64,000 nucleotides of DNA, taken from positions 28,396,001 through 28,460,000 of the forward strand of contig OX597840.1 of NCBI GenBank assembly GCA_951406725.2, in the 5' to 3' direction. Below are positions 47,278 through 62,568 of the stretch, piece after piece. A program made the translations under genes and the position numbers. This DNA comes from Octopus vulgaris. Lineage: Eukaryota. Each line of letters starts with the position of its first letter. Position 1 is the first letter of the stretch. The notes beneath the pieces were generated by a model. That model searched no databases, was not told the DNA's origin, and saw nothing but the letters and a program-made list of their open reading frames with translations.

Positions 47278-47967
47278 TATGTAGATTTATATACATATGT
47301 ATATATATATGAATATATGTATGTGTGTATATATATATATATGTATATATATATACATATATATATATATAGCATATATTTAGCATATATATATATACGT
47401 GCATGTATGTATGTATATGTATATTTATCTATCTATTGATCTATCTATCTATACATGTATGTGTGTGTCGGTGTATGTGTGTGTGTGTATGTGTGTGTGT
47501 GTGTGTGTGTGTAACATTATATAACATTGAAGAGAGAAGCGATGGCCTAGGAAATTGCTGCACAGATCTATGCAATTAGTTTTGCTATAAAAGCGAAATA
47601 TAGTTTTATTAGAGATAAAAAGCCATGCCAGGTGAAGTTTATAAGAGCAGAGCAGAGAATAGGGACGGATTGGAGGGAAAGGAAAGTGGAAGAGGGAGGG
47701 AGAGAGAGAGAGAGAGAGAGAGAGACGGAAGGATATATAGACAGATGGACGGACGGACGGACAGACAAGCAGACTGACAGACAGAGGAGGAGATAGGGAG
47801 AAAGAAAAAGAAAGAGACAGAGATAAACAAACGGGCACATACATAGACATATTCATAGACAGATATTAAGAACGAAAGAAAAGTAGATAGATAGATATAC
47901 AGACAGACAGACTGACAGATAAACAGACAGACGGTCAGATTATATATATATGTGTGTATATATGTGC

Positions 47968-48055
<88 letters not shown>

Positions 48056-48082
48056 GTATATATACATATTATATATATAGAC

Positions 48083-48213
<131 letters not shown>

Positions 48214-48669
48214 CAGATAGACTGGCAGAAAGGCAGAGAGACCGATAGACAGATAGACAGGCAAGCAGGCAGGCAGTCCGACAAGCAAATAGATAAATGA
48301 AGAGAGGGAGAGAGAGAGAGAAAGGGGGGAAGAAAGAAAGAAAGAACATTGGAAACTTGGCAGGTGTGCAGCTGTGTGCGCAGGTATGTGTTTAAGTGTG
48401 CAGGGGAGCATGTCTTGGGATGTAAAAGACAAACGCAAAACAGCGGAGGAAAAATAAAAAGAACAAAATGGCCGCCATTTCGGCAAGTTAAACAATTGCT
48501 CCATAAACAATATAAACAAACGTACGACAAATTCTGCCATCTGCTGCCAAGATGGCGCTCTTGCGTTATTGTTATGGAAGATTTGTTATATCAAAAGGCG
48601 AGCACATCAACCAGTTTTTAGCCCTTGGTTAGGGGCCGTTTTTCTTCGTTTCGTTCGAGAGCATTAATT

Positions 48670-49095
48670 CTCTTTTTCCCTTGTTTCAGTCATTTGACTG
48701 CGGCCATGCTGGAGCACCGCCTTTTAGTCGAGCAACTCGACCCCCAGGACTTGTTCTTTTTTTGTAAGCCCAGTACTTATTCTATCGGTCTCTTTTTGCC
48801 GAACTGCTAAGTTACGGGGACGTAAACTCACAGCTGGCAGAATGGTTAGCACGCCGGGCGAAATGCGTAGCCGTATTTCGTCTGCGGTTACGTTCTGAGT
48901 TCAAATTCCGCCCAGGTCGACTTTGCCTTTCATCCTTTCGGGGTCGATTAAATAAGTACCAGTTACGCACTGGGCTCAATATAATTGACTTAATCCGTTT
49001 GTCCCCATCTGTGTTTAGCCGCTTGGGGGTAGTAAAGAAATATTAAACTCACCAGCATCGGTTGTCAAGCGATGTTGGGGGGGGGGACAAACACA
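48670..49095 (-). mobile_element. SINE A tail interrupted by a SINE B (+, 48832-49042)
   Basis: A sequence breaks at gacgtaaactcac and resumes at taaactcaccagcatcgg (apparent target duplication taaactcac). Confidence 0.8.
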
Positions 49096-49104
49096 CACAC
49101 ACAA

Positions 49105-49166
<62 letters not shown>

Positions 49167-49169
<3 letters not shown>

Positions 49170-50098
49170 CTTTTACTCTTTTATTTGTTTCAGTCATTTG
49201 ACTGCGGCCATGCTGGAGCACCGCCTTTAGTCGAGCAAATCGACCCCAGGACTTATTCTTTTGTAAGCCCAGTACTTATTCTATCGGTCTCTTTTGCCGA
49301 ACCGCTAAGTGACAGGGACGTAAACACACCAGCATTGGTTGTCAAGCAATGCTAGGGGGACAAACACACACACACACACACACATTTATATATACATATA
49401 TACGACAGGCTTCTTTCAGTTTCCGTCTACCAAATCCACTCACAGGGCTTTGGTAGGCCCGGGGCTATAGTAGAAGACTCTTGCCCAAGGTGCTACGCAG
49501 TGGGACTGAACCCAGAACCATGTGGTTGGTAAGCAAGCTACTTACTACACAGCCACTCCTGCGCCTATATACATATATACAACGGGCTTCTTTCAGTTTC
49601 CGTCTACCAAATCCACTCACAAGGCTTTGGTCGGCCCGATGCTATAGTAGAAGACACTTGCCCATGGTGCTACGCAGTGGGATTGAACCCAGAACCATAT
49701 GGTTGGTAAGCAAGCTACTTACTACACAGCCACTCCTGCGCCTATATACATATATACAACGGGCTTCTTTCAGTTTCCGTCTACCAAATCCACTTAGAAG
49801 GCTTTTGTCGGCCCGATGCTATAGTAGAAGACACTTGCCCAAGGTGCTACGCAGTGGGATTGAACCCAGGACCATATGGTTGGTAAGCAAGCTACTTACT
49901 ACACAGCCACTCCTGCGCCTATATACATATATACAACGGGCTTCTTTCAGTTTCCGTCTACCAAATCCACTCACAAGGCTTTGGTCGGCCTGAGGCTATA
50001 GTAGAAGACACTTGCCCAAGGTGCTACGCAGTGGGACTGAACCCGGAACCATGTGGTTGGTAAACAAGCTACTTACCACACAGCCACTCCTGCGCCTG
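49167..50098 (-). mobile_element. SINE A with four tandem 177-bp heads
   Basis: gggcttc anchors at 49584, 49761, 49938; single tail at 49167-49365. Confidence 0.9.
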
Positions 50099-50696
50099 TG
50101 TCAAGTTTATTACAGAAAATACCATTTTTTTTTTGGTTTTTTTGTTGAGGTTGAACTTCGTTACTAGAATAACCATGAAAACTAATTTCGCAGCGAAAAA
50201 GTTTACAAAAGCTCTCCAGATCTGGCCGTCCAGTTTAGATTCCGTTTATTTAATAGATGATGATATCTTGCGTTGTATTGTCTTCGTTTCCATCCACTTT
50301 CAACACAGCAGACTTTGGTTTTATGTACATTTGATTGCTATTTCTAGCAGGCTGATGGAGCGCATAAGAGACCGCCCTCGTTCTGCCTGGCTGATTCAGC
50401 CATTTTGTCCGGATACACACGGTGGATTCTGATTGGCTGTTAAGTGTTACGTAGGGTTTTTTTTTTGTTATTAGGAATGCGTGGGAGGAGGGGGGGAGAT
50501 TGTTATGTTCCATTACTGTACAACACCGGAGAATCTATCAATGAAGAAGAGAAGAGGGAGGGGTGCGGTAGTGGTGATGGTGGTGGTGGTGGTAGTGTCG
50601 GTGTGAATCTTTACCTACCTGTGTATAAGCATATATAGTTATATACACCTACCTGGTGTGTATGTGTGTGTGTGTGAGTTATACCTTCATACATAC

Positions 50697-50727
<31 letters not shown>

Positions 50728-50975
50728 CATACATATACATACATACATACCTACATACATACATACATACATGCATACACACACATACAGACAGACGCAC
50801 ACACGCATACATACATACATATATACAAACATACATACATACAAACATACATACATACATAAATACATACATACATACATACATACATACATACATACAT
50901 ACATACATACATACATACATACATTCATACATGCATACATACATTCATACATACATACATGCATACATACATTCA

Positions 50976-51006
<31 letters not shown>

Positions 51007-51296
51007 GTACATACATGCATACATGCATACATACATACATGCGTACACGCACACATGCAGACAGACGCACACACATAGATAGTTATAAATGAAGATATGT
51101 TTATATGTATTATGTGTATACATACACACGAGTATACACTCACATACACATACACACACACACGAATAAGCGTGTATATTTTCATCAATCTACCTATCTC
51201 TGTAATTGTCGACCTCTTCACCTCTCTCTCCTCTTTCCCTGCTTCTCATTAACTTTCAATGCGTATATTAATATATTTCTACGGTATATGTTGTAC

Positions 51297-51329
<33 letters not shown>

Positions 51330-51791
51330 TGTATGTATGTATGTATGTATGTATGTATGTATGTATGTATTTATGTATGTATGTGTGTATGTATGTGTGT
51401 TTGTATGTGTGTATGTGTGTGTATGTAAGTATGTATGTATGTAAGTGTGTATGTATGTATGTATTCAAGTATGTATGCATGTATGTGTGTGTATGTATGT
51501 ATATATGTATTCATGTATGTATGTGTGTTTATGTATGTATGTATGTATGTAAGTATGTATGTATGTGTATACGCAATTGTATATATTTTAGTCATTATAC
51601 ATTAGTATACACAGACATCATAACCATAATGTGTATATATATGTGTGTGTACGTATATATGTGTGTATGTATGTTTGTGTGTGCATTTGCAAATGCATTT
51701 GTATACTGCGCGTATGTGTGTGTGCGTATACATATTTCTGTATGTGTGTTTATTTGTGTGCGTGTATATTTATTTCTGTGTGTTTGTGTGA

Positions 51792-51823
<32 letters not shown>

Positions 51824-51997
51824 GAATGAATATATGCGTGTATATTTGTGTGTGCTTATATGCATTATATATATACGTCTGTGAGTGAATATGTCTGTAT
51901 ATGTGTGTGTGCTTGTATGTCTGACCATATGCAACTGCGTGTATGTGCGTATGGAAGCGTCTTTGTATGTGTATGTGCGTGTGTGTGTGTATTTATT

Positions 51998-52053
<56 letters not shown>

Positions 52054-52394
52054 CGTGTGTGTGTGTGTCTGTCTGTGTGTGTGTGTGTCTGTGTGTGTGT
52101 TTGTGTGCATGCGTCAGAAAGCCAGTTAGACAACTCTTTTATTTCCCACCGGATGTTTACTCAGAAAGTTTCTCTCTTCTCCACACAAACAACCATAATA
52201 CCACATAAACATGGCGTTAATCAATCAATGAGGAACTCCTGCTTCCTACTTCCGGTATTGCGCAGTAACACACCTGCCTAACCTATCAAAACACGAGCAA
52301 GCCAGCGAAGGGGATTGCTTTCATGCGCAACAGGGACTGACAGGAAGAGGTACCTCACTAGAGCTTTCTGCATATTTAATATACATACAGTAGG

Positions 52395-52775
52395 GTTAGT
52401 TCTGTTTTTGATTCGACGGTCATTCGGAATGCTCACAGCAGCCATATTCCTACCGCTCTATGTCACGCTGGTGAGACCCATATTGGAGTACGGAATTCAA
52501 GCCTCTTCTCCTTATCTCCTCAAAGACATACATCATCTCGAAAGAGTCCAGAAGCTGGCTACCCGCATGGTTCTTGGTCTCAAGCATTTGTCTTATGAAG
52601 AACGGCTGAAGACGCTCGATCTTTATTCTAAAGAAAAACGACGACGCCGTGGTGATCTCATTCTTGCTCACAACATCATAAGCGAAAAGTGTAACCTCTC
52701 GAAAGAGCTGTTCTTCACTCCTGCTCCAGAGCGTCGGCTGCGGGGTCACTCCGAAAAGCTCTATCTTAATCGAAG
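52395..52775 (+). mobile_element. CR1-clade LINE ORF2 C-terminal fragment
   Basis: LIRRSF..LYVTLVRPILEYG..SPYLLKDIHHLERVQKLATRMV.GLKHLSYEERLKTLDL..RRRRGDLI..RGHSEKL. Confidence 0.92.
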
Positions 52776-52844
52776 GAGAAATATAACAAAAGCTGTTACT
52801 CGGAGTTTCACGTCCCCGTTCCCGTTCGTCGAATGAGTAGGTAA

Positions 52845-53325
52845 GTCGATATAATCGACCCCAGTGCTCCACTGGTACTTATTTTATCGATCTCGAAAGG
52901 ATGGATAGCAAAGTCGACCTCGAGAGAATTTGAACTCAGAATGTGAAGAAGAGTGAAATGCCGCTAAATATTTTGTCCGGCGCATTAATCGACCCCAGTG
53001 TGTAACTGGTACTTATTTAATCGATCCCGATTAAAGGCAAAGTCGACCTCGGCAGAATTTGAACTCAGAACGTAACGACAGACGAAATACCTATTTCTTT
53101 ACTACCCACAAGGGCTAAAAAAAAAAAGGGGACAAACAAGGACAGACAAACGGATTAAGTCGATTATATCGACCCCAGTGTGTAACTGGTACTTATTTAA
53201 TCGACCCCGAATGGATGAAAGGCAAAGTCGACCTCAGTGGAATTTGAACTCAGAACGTAGCGGCAGACGAAATACGGCTACGCATTTCGCCCGGCGTGAT
53301 AACGTTTCTGCCAGCTCGCCGCCTT
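52845..53325 (-). mobile_element. SINE B cluster including a head+body/body multimer
   Basis: Head at 53265-53323; junction gaaatacctatttc at ~53084. Confidence 0.85.
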
Positions 53326-53950
53326 CCGTTTCAACTGGGAGAAATACCACTAAGCATTTTGTTCGACGCGCTCTCTATTCTGCTACAGAGATCAATTGTA
53401 GCAACGAAAAGAAAATGGCAGCTATGTAACAATCCGCTTGTTTCCGGTTGTATCATTTTCTCAATATCTATGTCACGAACAACAGCAGCAACACAGCTGC
53501 GATCATGGCAGACGTTTCGTTTGACAGATAACCTTTAAATTCCAGAAAACAGAACAAAAATTAGGGTCAGATCAGAGAATACGAAAAAATAAATAAATAA
53601 ATAAAACATTCACAAGCAGAACAACAACAGTAACAAGTAAAAGAACAATAAGAGCAACAACAACAAGAAGCTTAGAAAGGATCACGTTGATGGAGGTTTG
53701 TTATCAGCCAGGGAAAACTGCTACTACGAGAAAGAAATATCGTTAAACGTTGCTACCATATGTTTGCAATCTTTTTTTGTTCTTTTTGAGAAAGAAGCTG
53801 TGATTTGGCAGAGCTACGAAAATGGCGGCTGCAATGCTTGGTAAGTAGTGTGCATCCCGGTTTTTCTGAGCTCTGATTTCAAACCCTACCAATGTCGATT
53901 TCGTTCGGCTTAGATGATAATCCTTTCGGGAGGGATTAATAAATGAATTT

Positions 53951-54508
53951 GGAGGCACATGGCCTAGTGGTTAGAGCAGCGGACTCACGGTCGAGGGATC
54001 GCGGGTTCGAATCGCAGACCGGCAAAAGGTAATGGCGAAACTTCTGCTGATTCTTTCGCCACAACTTTCTCTCACTCTTTCCACCTGCATCTTGCAGCCC
54101 ACCTGTGATGGACCGGCGTCCCGTCCAGGTGGGTAACCTATACGCCAAGGAAACCGGGAAACCAGCCCTTATGAGCCAAGTGTGGCTCGAGATATATATA
54201 TAGTGGAGGCACATGGCCTAGTGGTTAGTGCAGCGGACTCGCGGTCGAGGGATCTTGGGTTCGAATCTCAGACCAGGCGATGTGTGTGTTTATGAGCGAA
54301 ACACCTAAGCTCCATGCGGCTCCGGCAGAAGGTAATGGCGAACTTCTGCTGACTCTCTCATCACAACTTTCTCTCACTCTTTCCTCCTGCATCTTGCAGC
54401 TGACCTGCGACGGACTGGCGTCCCGTCCAGGTGGGGAACTTATACGCCAAGGAAACCGGGAAACCGGCCCTTATGAACCAGGCTTGGCTCGAGAAGGAAC
54501 AAACAATA
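53951..54508 (+). mobile_element. SINE family C head-to-tail dimer
   Basis: Copies at 53951-54190 (internal deletion) and 54203-54508. Confidence 0.88.
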
Positions 54509-54609
54509 AATGAATTTCCCATCTGGAGCAGGATCGGGATCGAAATATTTAGAAGCATAAGATGGCGCGTTTGGGATACTCGTGCCACTTCCGCAACTAA
54601 ATCGAATCC

Positions 54610-54751
54610 GTTAGTAGCTTGCTTAGCAACCACGTGGTTTCGGGTTCAGTCCCACTACGTGGCACCTTGGGCAAGTGTCTTCTACTATAGCCTCGAGCCG
54701 ACCAAATCCTTGTGAGTGGATTTGGTAGACGGAAACTGAAAGAAGCCCATC

Positions 54752-54822
<71 letters not shown>

Positions 54823-55042
54823 TGTGTATTTGTGTATCTGTGTTTGTCCTCCCCAACATCGCTTGACAACCGATGCTGGTGTGTTTACATCCCCGTAACT
54901 TAGCGGTTCGGCAAGAGAGACCGATAGAATAAGTGCTAGACTTACAAAGTATAAGAAATGGGATCGATATCTCGACTAAATGCGGTGCTCCAGCATGGCC
55001 ACAGTCACATGACTGAAACAAGTAAAAGAGTAAAAGAGTATA
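54610..55042 (+). mobile_element. SINE family A
   Basis: Matches the reference copy, 5' end clipped. Confidence 0.88.
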
Positions 55043-55379
55043 TCATACACTGATTTGAAAAAGGTGCCGCATAGGCGAAATAAAATTCGAATTATGCAAT
55101 ATAAGCAGTTCTATTGTAAATCTTCTATCGATATAACATAGTTAATGTATGCGTATTGTTTAAATGACAAAACCTGCAATTTTCGTCTGGGGAAATTCGC
55201 TTTATAGACGTATTGTGTTAAAAAAAAACAAAATTTACATCAGAGTAAGACAAAAATCGCAGCTACTTGCGTTTCAGCTACATAAATAGATGAATTATAC
55301 TTGTAAGCCCAGTACTTATTGTAGCATGGCCACAGTCACATGACTGAAACAAGTAAAAGAGTAAAAGAACTAAAACGTC

Positions 55380-55988
55380 TAGCTTGACCCAAAGGGATTC
55401 CATGGGGATCATAGGAGACTAGCTTGGCCAAACAACTCTTCCGATTCAGTTTTTTTTGTTTTGCTTGTCATTCACCATTCTTTTTGGTTGTGTGGCATGG
55501 AGCACCATCCTCCACAACTAAGATGTCTCCTTTTACCATCTGACCACTGGAGAAAAATTAAGAGAAGTCCTTTTCGAATGATGGCGATAGACATTTTCGA
55601 GTTTATGCTGCCGTTCCACTCCACCAATTCTGAACGACCGATGCTCCAGTAGTCAGATGGTCAAATGAGACCACTGAAAAACAGTCTTTTTACATAGTTG
55701 GTTGCAGCCGATTTAAGTCAAACTCTTGATTAAGCATTCTCCAGCCCCCACCCCACACACGTCCAATGACAGAAGATCGTGCATATTTTAATTCGTCCAA
55801 GAATATGACAATTTCCCAGAATCCTGTGGATCTTTCTATCAACTCATTTCTTTGGCTATTTGTTTATCAAAGAAGAGGTTTCCTCCAAACTGCTCTGCTA
55901 TTGCAGCCAAGATGATGAAGACATCTCAAATAAGAATTCTGGCTCATTAAGATACATCAAAGAAGTATTTTGGCTCATTAGACAGGCG

Positions 55989-56044
<56 letters not shown>

Positions 56045-56061
56045 TAGATAGATAGATAGAT

Positions 56062-56096
<35 letters not shown>

Positions 56097-56201
56097 CATA
56101 CATACATACATACATACATACATACATACATACATACATACATAGAAAGAGAGAGAGAGAGATAGACACACAAACAGACAGACCGACAGATAGGTAGATA
56201 G

Positions 56202-56259
<58 letters not shown>

Positions 56260-56580
56260 TATTCTTGCTCATTAAGACATCTCAAAGACGTGTTCTGGCT
56301 CGTTAAGAATTGCTATGCAACATCAGTTGCCTTAGAATGGCGATTATTTTCAACAATCAGCTTGACAGCCCAGAGACACCTGCCAGAGGGCCCAGGTCGA
56401 CCCGAGCCAGGTGTTTTTGGTTCATTTCCTTTGCTTATGACTGTAGCTAGAGGAATTCCAAGGTGTTGTGCAATCTGAAGCTGTTTAAGTCTTCCCTCAC
56501 ATTGGTCCACAAAACGTCCTCTTTCAAAATCAGGCAACCCTTTTGCTCCTAATGTTTGTGGCATGGCTAGTTGCCATAAA
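55380..56580 (-). mobile_element. Decayed Tc1-like (DD34E-type) transposase interrupted by (GATA)n/(GA)n
   Basis: LPDFERGRFV..IAQHLGIPLATV..GSGRP; RKPLL; WEIVIFLDELK; GRVW..LQPT; EDGAPCH; WPS*SPMIPMESLW, in correct order. Confidence 0.8.
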
Positions 56581-56609
56581 CAATAGATATACTATGCAAA
56601 TGCACCGCT

Positions 56610-56830
56610 TAGTTGCAGAGGTATTCGACTCTCGATCGCAAGGTCGTGAGTTCGATTCCCGGCGCACTTTATTTCACGTTGCTCCAGTCCACTCAGCTGG
56701 CAAAAATGAGCTCTACCTGTAATTACAAAGGGCCAGTTTTGTCACATTGTGTTACACTGAATCTCCCTGAGAACTATGTTAAGGGTACACGTGTCTGTGG
56801 AGTACTCAGCCACTTACACGTTAACTTCAC
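56610..56830 (+). mobile_element. SINE family E, truncated
   Basis: Aligns to 19505-19760. Confidence 0.8.
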
Positions 56831-56845
56831 AAAGAAAGTGAAACA

Positions 56846-57024
56846 TCTCTATATATATAGGCGCAGGAGTGGCTGTGTGGTAAGTAGCTTGTTTACCAAC
56901 CATATGGTTCCGGGTTCAGTCCCACTGCGTGGCACCTTGGGCAAGTGTCTTCTACTATAGCCCCGGGCCGACCAAAGCCTTGTGAGTGGATTTGGTCGAC
57001 GGAAACTGAAAGAAGCCCGTCGTA

Positions 57025-57091
<67 letters not shown>

Positions 57092-57644
57092 TTGTGTATC
57101 TGTGTTTGTCCCCCTAGCATTGCTTGACAACCGATGCTGGTGTGTTTATGTCCCCGTTACTTAGCGGTTCGGCAAAAGAGACCTATAGAATAAGTACTGG
57201 GCTTACAAAGAATAAGTCCCGGAGTCGAGTTGCTCGACTAAAGGCGGTGCTCCAGCATGGCCGCAGTCAAATGACTGAAACAAGTAAAAGAGTAAAAAGA
57301 GAGAATATAAACGGCAAAATGTTTGTCTGTCTGTGTTTGTGTCCTTTATACAAATCCACAATTTTTCAGCTAGAGGTCTCGCACTTTCTATGGTGATATA
57401 AAACCGTAAAAGGGTGGTCGTGCATATCTTTACATTTCCCCAGTCACCCCGCAAAGCCATTAAAAAATCAATAGAAGTGACTTTTTTGTGAATTTTCTAT
57501 CCAAAACCCAATGAAAATGCCCGAAACTTGATACGCCAATTGAATGCCAGCTAGCTGTATGTGATTGGTCAGAGATTTGGACAGTACTTGCGTGTATGTG
57601 CGCACGCACGCAGCTGTATATTCGTTGCCGGGTCATAGTACTAG
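56846..57644 (+). mobile_element. Non-autonomous Helitron with SINE A (56859-57303) nested in its 5' TA run
   Basis: A|TCtctatatata[SINE A]ataaacggcaaaatgtttgtctgtctg...cgttgccgggtcatagtaCTAG|T. Confidence 0.65.
56859..57303 (+). mobile_element. SINE family A, full length
   Basis: Matches the reference copy. Confidence 0.92.
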
Positions 57645-57728
57645 TGTTAAATTAAATCATAATTAAGTGATCCTCTTGTCTGTGTTTTCTTTTATCCTAA
57701 GCCATGAACTTTTCGGCACCGCCTCGTA
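57645..57728 (+). mobile_element. Right arm of the mariner MITE
   Basis: Aligns to 4651-4729 and ends with TIR gaacttttcggcaccgcctcgTA. Confidence 0.75.
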
Positions 57729-58034
57729 TAAGAGAGGTTGGTTGATACGATCGGTACGGAGGTCGGTAGTGAAACGAAGAGATAAGCAGATATGTAAGTA
57801 GATATATCTGTAAGTATATATATATATATATACAATATATATATATATATATATCTTTACACATACATACATACATACATACATACATACATACATACAT
57901 ACATACATACATAGACAGATAGATAGACAGATAGACAAAGATAGATAGACAAACAGATAGATAGATAGATAGACAGACAGACAAAAAGACAGACAGGCAG
58001 GCAGACAGACAGACAGATAGGTAGATAGACAGAC

Positions 58035-58083
<49 letters not shown>

Positions 58084-58444
58084 CTAAGCTGAGTTAGAAA
58101 TGGCATATGTTTAAAAGTGTGTGTGTGTGTGTGTGTGTGTGTCTGTGCGTGTGTGCCGTAAAACCCAAACCGTGCTCTAAATGACCGAGGTACCCTTCTT
58201 TCCAAAATACCTATCACCCCCCACCCCCACCAGAAGCTAATTTCAGATATTGTTGCTATATTTAGCGCAGCTCAAAGAACTTTCAGTTGTTCTCGATTGC
58301 AAATGCCATTCCCAGATTCCCTCCTGCGAACGCTTGTTTTCTTATACCAAATCTTCATTCATACGTTATACACGGCTTCCAACCAATATAATGCAATAAG
58401 ATCCATTCTACCCCAAAAGTGTCATTCCACAGAAATCTCTTCCC

Positions 58445-59447
<1,003 letters not shown>

Positions 59448-59960
59448 TCTGTAGAATTCTTCTTTACAAATCTTCAAATATTTTTTCCTTCTCTTCATTT
59501 TTAACATTTAAACATTTTTCATATCGTTTTTTTTTTTTTCCACGTTGCCCTTTGTCCAACGATGTCACTGGAACTTCCCCGCCAACCGCAGTTATGCTTT
59601 CCGTGTCACGTTATACTTCTATCTTGTGATCTTTGATTTTTTTTATCTGTCACTTGTTTCCCTCATTAGACTGTGGAACCACTTTTAAGAATTTTTAGCC
59701 GAGCGAATCGAACCCAGTACTTGATATTTTTTTAAAATTCTTGTACTCATTCTATTGGTCTTTTACTGATGCTTAAAAAAAACAAAAAACAGAATAGAAG
59801 AAACAACGCCAGTCGTCTGAAAACGCGGTACGAAAAAACCTGAGTAACGACGAGTGATGTAGCGAGACGGTACGCCGCTCGGGATAACCCTTGATTTTAC
59901 CTCTCTCCGGGATCACCGCCTATGCAAGCTTATACAGCCGAACCAAGCAGGCGTCGCCTG

Positions 59961-59998
<38 letters not shown>

Positions 59999-60192
59999 TA
60001 CTTTATTTAAAAGCAGTTTTGTTAACAAAACTGTCCGACGAACGGGAACGTGAAACTCCGAGTTTTTGTTGAATTTCTGCTGCTTTTAAATAAAGCATAT
60101 TACTCTACCCCTGGTATTTGAGTACTCTTTTTTCCACCTTGTTTCACATTTATGTGCTTACTCCAGTATATATATATGGACATACATACATA

Positions 60193-60249
<57 letters not shown>

Positions 60250-60476
60250 CATATATATGTATATATACATGCATATATGGGTACAGAACATAAAAAAAAC
60301 GTTGAACACAATGAGAAACGAAAACATAAAAACAAAATTAGAAAACGAACTTTTCGTTTCGAACAACGAAAAAAGAGAGAAACGAGACATACAACATAAA
60401 GAATATTCCCCTTCATCAGTTGTCCCTGTTTCATTTACTCCGCGTTACGAAAGCAAGGACAATGTATATTTGTGTG

Positions 60477-60517
<41 letters not shown>

Positions 60518-60632
60518 TTTGTGTTAGTTCTTGTCTCCTTCCACTGCTTGACAACTGGTGTTGGTGAGGTTATATTTCCGTATAGAAGAAGTACCTGTCA
60601 TTTAAAAAAAAACATGTTCTGGGGGTCAATCC

Positions 60633-60958
60633 ATTCTTGTTCACAACATCATAAGCGGAAAGTGTATCCTCTCGAAAGAGCTGTTCTTCACTCCTGCTCC
60701 AGAGCGTCGGCTGCGGGGTCATTCCGAAAAGATTTATCTGCGAATTGAAGGAGAGGGGCTTTCTCCGTCCGGGTTGCGGAACCGTGGAATAAGCTGCCGG
60801 ACGATATGGTGAAGATGCCGACGACCGCTCGGTTCGAAGTCTCCCTTGACCACAAATGGCCTGAACTCTTTGCATGAACACCACCCTGTACATAACTCCA
60901 TGCCCCCCTACATGGCCTTGCTTATTAGCTTTTTGAGCCAAAAAATTAACTAACTAAT
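60633..60958 (+). mobile_element. CR1-clade LINE 3' end (same family as 52395)
   Basis: Shares gagctgttcttcactcctgctccagagcgtcggctgcggggtca; RRGAFSVRVAEPWNKLPDDMV..FEVSLD; (AACT)n tail. Confidence 0.9.
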
Positions 60959-61112
60959 AAATTCTTCAAGGAGGTGCCCCAGCATGGCCGTAATTCAATG
61001 ATGAGACAAGCAAACGATAAAAGAAAACAAAGGTACATACACGCACATACATACATACATACATACATACATACATACATACATACATACACACACACAT
61101 ACATACATACAT

Positions 61113-61532
61113 AGGCGCAGGAGTGGCTGTGTGGTAAGTAGCTTGCCTACAAACCACATTGTTCTGGGTTCAGTCCCACTGCGTGGCATCTTGGGCAAGT
61201 GTCTTCTGCTATAGCCTCGGGCCGACCAATGCCTTGTGAGTGGATTTGGTAGACAGAAACTGAAAGAAGCCTGTCGTATATATGTATATATGTGTATGTA
61301 TGTGTATATGTTTGTGTGTCCGTGTTTGTCCCTCTAGCATTGCTTGACAACCGATGCTGGTGTGTGTACGTCCCCGTAACTTAGCGGTTCGGCAAAAGAG
61401 ACCGATGGAATAAGTACTGGGCTTACAAAGAATAAGTCCCGGGGTCGATTTGCTAGACTAAATGGCGGTGCTCCAGCATGGCCGCAGTCAAATGACTGAA
61501 ACAAGTAAAAGAGTAAAAAAGAATAAAAGAGT
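61113..61532 (+). mobile_element. SINE family A, full length
   Basis: Matches the reference copy. Confidence 0.92.
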
Positions 61533-61720
61533 ATGTACGTATACACACACAGGCTGGTCTGGAAGTTATGTCGTCAGCATTTCAAGCTAATCTTGAAAAA
61601 CATTTCATCATACAAATAAGATTCTGGTAATTTATAATCTAAGAAAGCGATAAGTAAAGGAATGGTTTTTCTTTCACCATCACTTGTATTCTCTCCTTCT
61701 CCCCTCCCTCTCTCTCTCCT

Positions 61721-61757
<37 letters not shown>

Positions 61758-61987
61758 AGAGTTTGCTGAGGGTGGCTGTCGGAATATTTATTCTCTGCTC
61801 ATCTTTCATTTACACCGTTTAGACACTTCATCAGAAGTTCCTTCGCACCCAATGTCGTTAAAGGTCAAACGGATATATAACGAATAAATACATACTACTC
61901 TCTATACACACAAACCTATATACGTATATACATATATACATATATATGTATATGAATGTATATATATATATATATGTATGTATGTAT

Positions 61988-62027
<40 letters not shown>

Positions 62028-62082
62028 GAATATGTATGTATGTGTATATATATATATATATATATGTATATAAATGCATATG

Positions 62083-62115
<33 letters not shown>

Positions 62116-62140
62116 GAATATGTATGTATATATCTATATA

Positions 62141-62178
<38 letters not shown>

Positions 62179-62424
62179 TATGTATGTATATATGTATATG
62201 TATATATATGTGTGTGTGTGTGTGTGTATGTTCTTTTATTCTGCTGTGGCTGCGTGGTAAAAAGCTTGATCCGCAACAACATAGTTCCGGGTTCAGCCCC
62301 AGTCTGTGACACCTTGAGCAGGTGTCTTCGACTACAACCACGGGCTAACCAAAACCTTGTGAATGGAAATGGTAGACGGAAACTGAAAGAAGCTCGTCGT
62401 GTGTGTGTGTGTGTGTGCGCGCGT

Positions 62425-62568
62425 GTATATAAATGTGTGTGTGCGCATGTATATAAATGTATGTGTGTGTGTGTGCGCATGTATATAAATGTATGTGTGT
62501 GTGTGTGCGCATGTATATAAATGTATGTGTGTGTGTGTGCGCATGTATATAAATGTATGTGTGTGTGT
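62425..62568. repeat. ~30-bp minisatellite gtatataaatgtat(gt)ngcgcat x ~4
   Basis: Direct reading. Confidence 0.85.

Noticed and set aside
49481-49993. 170-aa repeat protein
   Set aside because: Antisense translation of tandem 177-bp SINE A heads
60340-60450. Minus-strand CTGATGA hammerhead candidate (also CTGAGGA near 46000)
   Set aside because: I could not assemble stems II and III with a suitably placed GAAA
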